Assembly: GCA_965261025.1 (NCBI GenBank) | Contig: OZ253438.1 | Location: 900,001 to 932,000 of the forward strand | Origin: Chlamydiales bacterium | Lineage (GTDB): Bacteria; Chlamydiota; Chlamydiia; Chlamydiales; SM23-39 | DNA length: 32,000 nt | Direction: 5' to 3' | Shown: positions 25,909 to 32,000 of the stretch, in pieces | How positions within the stretch are numbered: the first letter of the stretch is position 1 | Layout: every line of letters starts with the position of its first letter | Made by a program: the position numbers and the translations under genes | The notes under the pieces: model-generated | The model's input: the letters and a program-made list of their open reading frames with translations, nothing else | Told to the model about the DNA's origin: nothing | The model's database searches: none

Positions 25909-28399
25909 AAGCCCTCCTTTTGCTAGAAACCTTACGGGATCTTTCAGAAAAAATAAGAGAAAAGACCTCTTCATAGGTTTCTACAAAATGTACTACAAGA
26001 TCCTTTTTCAAATAAGGAGGAAGTTCTTCAAAATCCCTTTTATTCTCTTTGGGGAAAATCAGCTCCTTCAGAAAAGACCTTCTAGCAGCTATCACCTTTT
26101 CTTTTACTCCCCCAATCTTTAAAACTCTTCCTGTTAGGGTAATCTCTCCCGTCATTCCCAGGTCTTGAGTAACAGGCCGTTTTCCCAAAAGGGAAAATAA
26201 AGAAGTTACCATTGTAACCCCTGCAGAAGGACCATCCTTGGGAGTAGCTCCTTCTGGGATGTGGATATGCACTTCTTGTTTTTCAAAAAAAGGCACATTA
26301 GGAAAAAATTTTTCTGAAACAGCCTTTGCATAACTCCAGGCAATCTGTGAAGACTCCTTCATAATATCTCCTGCTTGTCCTGTCAGCTTCATAAGAGCTT
26401 TTTCTCCTTTTGAAGCGGAAGCTTCTACGTAAAGAGTAGCACCTCCTAGGGCAGTCCAAGCAAGCCCTGTTGTTACCCCAATAGGGGTTTTCTCATAGAA
26501 GCGATCCGAAGTAAAAAAAGGTTTTCCTAAATATCCTTCCAACTTCTCAGAAGTGATATGCTCTTTGGTAAAGGGCTGTTTTCCTTCTTTTGCTTTAGCC
26601 ACTTTTACTGCTACTTTCCGAAGGACTTTCTTTATCTGATTCTCCAAAGAGCGAACCCCCGCTTCCCTAGCATAGTTTTGGATCATCTGAGAAACCCCTG
26701 AAGAGGCAAAGACTATCTGATTATTTTTTAAGCCCATGCCTTTACGGTTTTTAGGAATTAAATATTTTCGAGCAATCTCTAGCTTTTCAGAAGCGATATA
26801 ACCAGAGAGACGAATGATCTCCATACGATCTTTTAAAGGCTCTGGAATTGTATCTAAAACATTTGCTGTCACAATGAATAAAACTCTCGAAAGATCACAA
26901 GGAACATCTAAATAGTGATCTAAAAACTCCTTGTTTTGCTCCGGATCGAGCACTTCCAACAAAGCAGATGCTGGATCCCCTTGGTAGGCTGCCTTGCCAA
27001 TTTTATCTATTTCATCAATCATAACCACAGGATTCATACTTGCTGTTACCTTAAGAGCTTGTATCAATTTTCCTGGCATAGCTCCAATATAGGTTCTCCT
27101 ATGTCCTTTTACTTCCCCCTCATCTTTCATGCCCCCAACAGAAAAACGATAAAACTTTCGATTCAAAGCTCTGGCTACACTCTTTCCCACACTGGTCTTG
27201 CCTACTCCAGGAGGCCCTACCAAACAAAGGATACTTCCCTTTACTCCCTGAGTAAGCTTTCCTACTCCAATAAATTCTAAAATGCGCTCTTTTACTTCTT
27301 TTAAGCCGTAGTGATCCTCTTCCAAAATTTTTTCCGCTTCAGAAAAGCTGTTGTCTTCCTTTTCAAAAATCCCCCAAGGCAAAACAGTAAGCCAATCCAG
27401 ATAATTTCGACAGACAGAATACTCTGCCGAATGAGGATCCAAAGCCTGTAGTTTTTCCATTTCCTCTTCAATTACTTTAGAAGCTGCCTCTGGAACGGTT
27501 TTCTCTTTTAGCCTTTTACGAAATTTTTCTACATCTAAAAGCTTATCCTCTTTTTCCATTCCCAGCTCTTTTTTAATTACTTTCAGCTGCTCTTTTAAGA
27601 AAAAATCTCTTTGCGCTTTAGAAATGGTAACTTCAATTCTTTGATTGATGTTATTTTGTAATCGACTCAAATCCAGCTCTTTTTTCAAAAGAAGAAGTGC
27701 TTTATCAATCCTTTCCTGCAAGGAGAGAGTTTCTAATACATCTTGAAGTTCTTCCCTAGAAGCCGTCGTCAAAGCCACGGCAAAATCTGCTAGTTTTCCA
27801 GGTTCTGTGAAATCAGAATGCCCTAAAAAAACTTGAAGCTCCTCCTTAAACAAGGGGTTTAATTTCAAAAGTTCTTTGATAGTGGTCACAATACTGATAG
27901 AGTAAGCTTTGACTTCCTTGGAAGTATTTTCTGAAAGCGGCTCTTCGTGATAAACCACTTTTGCTTTTAAAAGCCCCCCTACTTGAGCTGTTTTCTGGAT
28001 TACCGCTCTTTTTTCCATATTTAACACCACTTGGGCGCCGCCCCCTTCAAGGGGAATAATCCGCAAAATCTTTGCAACTACTCCTACGGAAGACAGGTCT
28101 TCTTCTTTTAATTTGTAGATATCTGCACTTTCTTCCTTCGTCAAAAAAAGCCCGAGGCATTTATGGGATGTCTTAGCAACTCTTTTTAGTACTTCATAGT
28201 ATCCTCCCGGCTCAATCACCAAAGGAGCTGCCATTCCTGGAAAAAAAGGTCTTCGATTCAAAGGAACTACCTCTAACTCTTCCGGATAAGCTGCTTTCTT
28301 TTCTGGGAAATCTTTTTTCTTCTCCCTTTTTTGCGAAGATTCCTCAAATTCTAAAGTGGCCAAAGAAACCTCTTCTTGGGATGGAATGTCGTTTTTCAA
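25826..28399 (-). CDS. lon: ATP-dependent Lon protease
   Basis: LON N-domain (LEVVPLNRRPFFPGMAAPLVI), AAA+ Walker A (GPPGVGKTS), Walker B (MIDEIDK) and the catalytic serine context (PKDGPSAGVTM). There is no ATG upstream of the N-domain. I prefer the TTG at 28399 (AGGAG 5 nt upstream); the ORF track's TTG at 28468 is the alternative. Confidence 0.9.
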   Translation of the reverse strand: MKNDIPSQEEVSLATLEFEESSQKREKKKDFPEKKAAYPEELEVVPLNRRPFFPGMAAPLVIEPGGYYEVLKRVAKTSHKCLGLFLTKEESADIYKLKEEDLSSVGVVAKILRIIPLEGGGAQVVLNMEKRAVIQKTAQVGGLLKAKVVYHEEPLSENTSKEVKAYSISIVTTIKELLKLNPLFKEELQVFLGHSDFTEPGKLADFAVALTTASREELQDVLETLSLQERIDKALLLLKKELDLSRLQNNINQRIEVTISKAQRDFFLKEQLKVIKKELGMEKEDKLLDVEKFRKRLKEKTVPEAASKVIEEEMEKLQALDPHSAEYSVCRNYLDWLTVLPWGIFEKEDNSFSEAEKILEEDHYGLKEVKERILEFIGVGKLTQGVKGSILCLVGPPGVGKTSVGKSVARALNRKFYRFSVGGMKDEGEVKGHRRTYIGAMPGKLIQALKVTASMNPVVMIDEIDKIGKAAYQGDPASALLEVLDPEQNKEFLDHYLDVPCDLSRVLFIVTANVLDTIPEPLKDRMEIIRLSGYIASEKLEIARKYLIPKNRKGMGLKNNQIVFASSGVSQMIQNYAREAGVRSLENQIKKVLRKVAVKVAKAKEGKQPFTKEHITSEKLEGYLGKPFFTSDRFYEKTPIGVTTGLAWTALGGATLYVEASASKGEKALMKLTGQAGDIMKESSQIAWSYAKAVSEKFFPNVPFFEKQEVHIHIPEGATPKDGPSAGVTMVTSLFSLLGKRPVTQDLGMTGEITLTGRVLKIGGVKEKVIAARRSFLKELIFPKENKRDFEELPPYLKKDLVVHFVETYEEVFSLIFSERSRKVSSKRRAYEPKLGEKKPRKNTRKRKTTGSDRRDS

Positions 28400-28507
28400 A
28401 AAAGCTCCTACCTTATGCAATGAAATAAAAACTCCCACCAATTTACCATCTCTTAAAAAAAACCGCAACCTAGACAGTAAGCCCCTTTTCTTGGTATCCT
28501 GTCTTTT

Positions 28508-29155
28508 ATGTATGGGCTTATTTTAGATACAGCTACCCCCACCTCCTTCCTTATTTTAACCTCTCAAGGAAAAATTATAGATCTTTTCACCTTCTCCGAT
28601 AGCTCTAAGATATCCACTCCTCTACTAAAAACCCTTGCCTGCTGGCAAGAGAAATATAGGCTTTCCTCAGAGAATATGGCCTATCTTGCTATGGGGAAAG
28701 GCCCTGGGTCTTTTACAGGAAGCAAAGTAGGGATTATTTTAGCCAAAACGTTTTCCTATGCCCACCAGGTACCCCTGCTTAGCTTTTGTTCTTTGATATC
28801 TCTTACCCCAGAAACCACAGGCTCCTTTTCTCTTCTCCTAGATGCAAAGTCTTCTGGCCTTTTTATCTTGGAAGGGAAAAGAACCAAAGAGACAGTTCAG
28901 TTTTTTCTCCCTTTCAAAACCATTCTTTTAGAAAAAATTCCTTTAGCTTTAGAAAAAACAAGCCGTTGGGTAAGCCACAAAAAAGAAGATCTGGAATCAA
29001 AAATTCTTTTTTCTCCTTTTCACTGGGAAAAAAGAGAGCCTAACTATCCTTTTTTAGCAGAATATCTTTACGAAAGATACCAGAGAAAAGAGGATTTTTT
29101 TTCCTTTTTTTCTCCTCTTTACACTCCCCTTTCTTGCGAAAAAGAACCAGATTGA
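28508..29155 (+). CDS. tsaB: tRNA t6A biosynthesis protein TsaB (YeaZ family)
   Basis: [11 protein letters not shown]...[29 protein letters not shown] matches the TsaB/YeaZ signature. It lies between lon and rpsU, as in Chlamydia. Confidence 0.8.
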   Translation: MYGLILDTATPTSFLILTSQGKIIDLFTFSDSSKISTPLLKTLACWQEKYRLSSENMAYLAMGKGPGSFTGSKVGIILAKTFSYAHQVPLLSFCSLISLTPETTGSFSLLLDAKSSGLFILEGKRTKETVQFFLPFKTILLEKIPLALEKTSRWVSHKKEDLESKILFSPFHWEKREPNYPFLAEYLYERYQRKEDFFSFFSPLYTPLSCEKEPD

Positions 29156-29235
29156 GTACTATCTCCCAAGTACAAAGTAGTCTGTTATCTTTGCTAAAAA
29201 CTTGTTGTAACTTACATAAGGACAAAATAGAAGCT

Positions 29236-29430
29236 ATGCCCAGCATCAGAGTGCGAATCGGAGAGCCGATAGAAAAAGCCCTAAGAGCTTTAAAAAAGAA
29301 ACTTGATAAAGAAGGAATTATGAAAACAGCAAAAGCGAATCGTTTTTATGACAAACCTTCTGTCAAAAGCAGAGCCAAATCCAAAGCAGCAAAAAAAAGA
29401 TCCAAAATTTCCTTTCACAAGGGTTTTTAG
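29236..29430 (+). CDS. rpsU: 30S ribosomal protein S21
   Basis: [46 protein letters not shown] is a typical S21 sequence of 64 aa. The longer ORF-track start at 29134 would overlap tsaB and add a non-S21 extension. Confidence 0.9.
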   Translation: MPSIRVRIGEPIEKALRALKKKLDKEGIMKTAKANRFYDKPSVKSRAKSKAAKKRSKISFHKGF

Positions 29431-29433
29431 TTT

Positions 29434-29460
29434 TTAGCACTTTTTGTAAAGATTTGCTAA
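29434..29460 (+). promoter_or_regulatory. CIRCE-like HrcA operator half-conserved (TTAGCACTT-N9-ATTTGCTAA), overlapping a possible promoter (-10 TAAAAT 29458-29463)
   Basis: TTAGCA (29434-29439) and TGCTAA (29455-29460) form a perfect inverted repeat. Its 15-nt spacing is exactly that of the CIRCE consensus TTAGCACTC-N9-GAGTGCTAA. The site is 62 nt upstream of the dnaJ ATG. Confidence 0.5.
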
Positions 29461-29521
29461 AATGATCCTTTCAAAAAAAGGCTGTTTTCTCTAAACTTAT
29501 CTCAAAGAATGACCTGGTTTT

Positions 29522-30649
29522 ATGAAAAAAGATTACTATGCTATTTTAGGGGTTTCCAAAGGAGCTACCCCCGACGAAATTAAAAAAGCGTATCGAAAAA
29601 AGGCTCTGCTCTATCATCCCGATAAAAATCAGGGAAATCCTTCTTCCGAGACTCGTTTTAAGGAAGTCTCCGAAGCTTATGAAGTTCTCAGTGATGAGAC
29701 AAAACGGAAAACGTACGACCAATACGGAGAAGAAGGATTGAAGGGGTTTGGAGCTGGCGGTTCTGCCGGTTTTTCTTCTATGGAAGAAGCTCTTCGCACC
29801 TTTATGGGAGCTTTTGGAGGTTCCATGGGGGGAGGAGGAGAGTCCATCTTTGATTCTTTTTTTGGAGGAGGCTTTCAGGAAGGTAGAAGGGGACCTCAGC
29901 CAGGTCCTAATAAGAAGATTTCCTTAGCCATTTCCTTTGAAGAGGCTGTCTCAGGAGTTCAGAAAGAAGTATATATCTCCCATTTTTCTGCTTGTCAGTC
30001 TTGCCAGGGAAAGGGAACTCGCTCTTCTCGCGGTATCCAAAGCTGCTCTTCCTGTCACGGAAAAGGGCAAGTTTTTCAAAGTAGGGGTTTTTTTAGCATG
30101 TCTTCTACCTGTCCTCATTGTCAGGGATCGGGTGAAATGATCGTAGATCCTTGTTCTGAGTGTCACGGAGCAGGAAGAATAAAGGGGAAAAGAAAAGTCT
30201 CTTTATCTATCCCTGCCGGAGTAGATAATGGTATGACGCTAAAAATGAGTGGGCATGGAGATGCAGGAGAACCGGGAGCCCCTCCTGGAGATCTTTATGT
30301 ATTCATTGAAGTAAAACCTCATGAGTTTTTCCGAAGAGAAGGAGATGATGTATACTTAGATCTTCCTATCACCTTTGTGGAGGCTACATTAGGAGCCAAA
30401 AAAGAAGTACCTTCTCCGAATCAAGAAATTTGCAAGATGATTATCCCGGAAGGTTCTCAGACTGGTAAGGTTTTTCGAGTGCGAGGAAAAGGATTTCCCA
30501 ATATTCATGGACATGGAAAAGGAGATCTTTTAGTCCGCATTTCTGTACAAACTCCTCTTCATCTTTCCAAAGAGCAAAAAACGCTTTTGGCTTCTTTTGA
30601 AAAAACAGAAACGACTAAGAACTATCCTTATAAAGGGGAATCTTTTTAA
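29522..30649 (+). CDS. dnaJ: Molecular chaperone DnaJ (Hsp40, type I)
   Basis: J-domain with HPD (DYYAILGV...YHPDKN), a G/F-rich linker and four CxxCxGxG zinc-finger repeats ([32 protein letters not shown]). Confidence 0.95.
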   Translation: MKKDYYAILGVSKGATPDEIKKAYRKKALLYHPDKNQGNPSSETRFKEVSEAYEVLSDETKRKTYDQYGEEGLKGFGAGGSAGFSSMEEALRTFMGAFGGSMGGGGESIFDSFFGGGFQEGRRGPQPGPNKKISLAISFEEAVSGVQKEVYISHFSACQSCQGKGTRSSRGIQSCSSCHGKGQVFQSRGFFSMSSTCPHCQGSGEMIVDPCSECHGAGRIKGKRKVSLSIPAGVDNGMTLKMSGHGDAGEPGAPPGDLYVFIEVKPHEFFRREGDDVYLDLPITFVEATLGAKKEVPSPNQEICKMIIPEGSQTGKVFRVRGKGFPNIHGHGKGDLLVRISVQTPLHLSKEQKTLLASFEKTETTKNYPYKGESF

Positions 30650-30734
30650 AAGAGAGCATTCCTTCCCCTTCTTAGGAGAAAATCTCTTTTCAAGAATTCC
30701 TCCTTTTTGTAGAAAACAAAAAAAAGGAGGCTTC

Positions 30735-31109
30735 ATGAAAGGAGAAGGAGTCGAACTTTCTCGTTTAAAAAAAGAAGGAAGCAAGTATCTTTACCAGGGC
30801 AGAAGATGGCGTTTAAACCATCCTGTCCCCTCCACTTCCAAGACAAAAAAGATGATGGTTCTAGCTACAAAAACCATCCAAGGGAAAAGAAAAGCCAAGT
30901 TAATCCACTTTGGAGCAAGAGGCTATGGACACAACTATAGTGAAAAAGCCAAAAAAAGCTATCTGGCAAGAAGCGCTAACATCCGCAATAAGGCGGGAGT
31001 TTTAACAAGAACCGATCGATGGAGCGCTAATTATTGGGCTAGAAAAATTCTTTGGCCTAAAAATAAACCAACGAATGGCCCTAGAAAAACAGGGAAAAAG
31101 GCGGCTTAA
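30735..31109 (+). CDS. Small basic conserved-looking hypothetical protein (124 aa)
   Basis: The ATG at 30735 lies 4 nt after AAGGAGG. The sequence is MKGEGVELSRLKK...KLIHFGARGYGHNYSEKAKKSYLARSANIRNKAGVLTRTDRWSANYWARKILW. The ORF-track start at 30597 overlaps dnaJ and lacks an SD. Confidence 0.6.
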   Translation: MKGEGVELSRLKKEGSKYLYQGRRWRLNHPVPSTSKTKKMMVLATKTIQGKRKAKLIHFGARGYGHNYSEKAKKSYLARSANIRNKAGVLTRTDRWSANYWARKILWPKNKPTNGPRKTGKKAA

Positions 31110-32000
31110 AGCCATCCCTTGGTAGCTGCTATCTGTAAAAAAATAATTCCTAAAGAAACTATAATCATAAGAAGAAGAAGGGGCTTGCCTCCAAAAACGA
31201 GAAATTTTACTCTCTTCTTTTCTCTGTATCTTCCATGCCAAACCATTAAAGGAGGTAAGATTCCATAAAGAATCGCAACAAAAACTCCCGCATATCCTAA
31301 AAAAAGCAGAAAACCCTTTGGAAAGAAAAGAGTAAAAGCCATAGGAATTATAAACATGATACCCAGAAGGAGTACTTTTCCCCAGAAAGTCTTCTTAATT
31401 TTGAAACCATCTGCTAAAAAATCAAATAAGCTTAAAGAAACCCCAAAAAAAGAAGTGACCAAGGCAAAAAAAGAAAAAAAGCCTACCAAAATAGAAACCC
31501 AAGGTACCTGCAAAAAGTAATATAAAGATTCTGTTAAGGCCGCTACAGGGTGCGTTTTTTTTGCTAAAGCTTCTAATCCATAAGTTCCTTGTAAGGGTAA
31601 TAACCCAAATATTAAAAACTCCCAGAGTAAATAAAAGATTAGTGGAATGATGCTGCCCCAAATAAGCGCCTTCTTTAAATCTAAAATATTCCCTCGTAAG
31701 TAAGTCCTTAAAGAAGGTACCACAATGTGGGAAGTAAATGAAAGGATTACAATAGGAACCGCAGTCCATATATAACGAATACTCCCCCCCTTCTCCAAAT
31801 GCCTCAAATCCACCAAAGGGCTCACAAATAGAACCAGTCCCAAAAAACAGAGAAAAAGTCCTATGACACAAATCCGATTTACCCGATCTACGCCCTTTAC
31901 TCCAAAGCTTACTAAAAAACCAAATACGGCTAGAAAAAGCCAAATACCTATACTAGAGTCAGATTTTATAGAAAAAACCTCCTCAAAAACGCTTTGAATT
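31106..32000 (-). CDS. Aromatic amino acid permease (Mtr/TnaB/TyrP, HAAAP family), 5' partial
   Basis: The protein aligns by eye with E. coli TyrP (..FTSFGFHG.VPS.., LFDYLADLF vs LFDFLADGF, FYP.GF...LGYAGV). I translated the same frame upstream of 31843 and it stays open to nt 32000 (IQSVFEEVFSIKSDSSIGIWLFLAVFGFLVSFGVKGVDRVNRICVIGLFLCF), so the gene continues beyond the window. Confidence 0.8.
   Translation of the reverse strand, partial: IQSVFEEVFSIKSDSSIGIWLFLAVFGFLVSFGVKGVDRVNRICVIGLFLCFLGLVLFVSPLVDLRHLEKGGSIRYIWTAVPIVILSFTSHIVVPSLRTYLRGNILDLKKALIWGSIIPLIFYLLWEFLIFGLLPLQGTYGLEALAKKTHPVAALTESLYYFLQVPWVSILVGFFSFFALVTSFFGVSLSLFDFLADGFKIKKTFWGKVLLLGIMFIIPMAFTLFFPKGFLLFLGYAGVFVAILYGILPPLMVWHGRYREKKRVKFLVFGGKPLLLLMIIVSLGIIFLQIAATKGWL

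Noticed and set aside
29134-29235. Longer rpsU ORF starting at 29134
   Set aside because: It would overlap tsaB and add 34 non-S21 residues. S21 begins with MP.IRV at the ATG at 29236.
30647-30690. Inverted repeat AAAAGAGA...TCTCTTTT after dnaJ as a rho-independent terminator
   Set aside because: It is an 8-bp, A/T-rich stem with a ~27-nt loop and no proper GC-rich stem. I judged it too weak to call.
31422-31943. 173-aa minus-strand ORF
   Set aside because: It is off-frame inside the aromatic amino acid permease gene. The permease frame is continuous to the window edge and aligns with TyrP/Mtr.
1-32000. CRISPR arrays, IS elements or transposases, tRNA/rRNA genes, toxin-antitoxin or restriction/defence cassettes; homopolymeric A/T tracts as phase-variation switches
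   Set aside because: No spaced direct repeats, terminal inverted repeats, transposase-like ORFs or cloverleaf-capable intergenic segments were found. Intergenic regions are short apart from those discussed. A/T runs of 7-10 nt are frequent throughout coding and non-coding sequence and reflect K/F-rich, AT-rich composition rather than localised contingency loci.

Overview
AT-rich, tightly packed bacterial chromosome segment. Gene content and local gene order point to the phylum Chlamydiae. It carries non-flagellar type III secretion genes in the order sctP-like, sctQ, sctC. It also has a dapF-clpP-glyA-Zn-ribbon block and a lon-tsaB-rpsU-dnaJ block, which match my memory of Chlamydia trachomatis CT671-674, CT430-433 and CT341-344. 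I call 25 CDS (the first and last run off the window) and one RNase P RNA gene. I saw no tRNA, rRNA, CRISPR, IS element or prophage signal, and composition looks uniform, so this is core genome rather than an island. The most unusual object is the T3SS secretin gene: a 1586-aa ORF whose periplasmic part holds 12 tandem, diverged copies of an ~84-aa secretin N-domain-like unit, far more than in characterised secretins. Directly downstream is a translationally coupled pair: a TPR putative lipoprotein with C-terminal TM helices, and a YidD-fold protein that has lost all three conserved cysteines. I propose this pair as a candidate secretin-assembly (pilotin-like) module. Other points are a CIRCE-like operator in front of dnaJ and an rnpB gene wedged exactly between two stop codons. 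There is also a small basic protein with an HFG...W motif, a Lon basic C-terminal tail overlapping the next gene, and a stand-alone HldE-domain-II-like nucleotidyltransferase. All homology calls come from motifs read by eye in the supplied translations; no database search was run.
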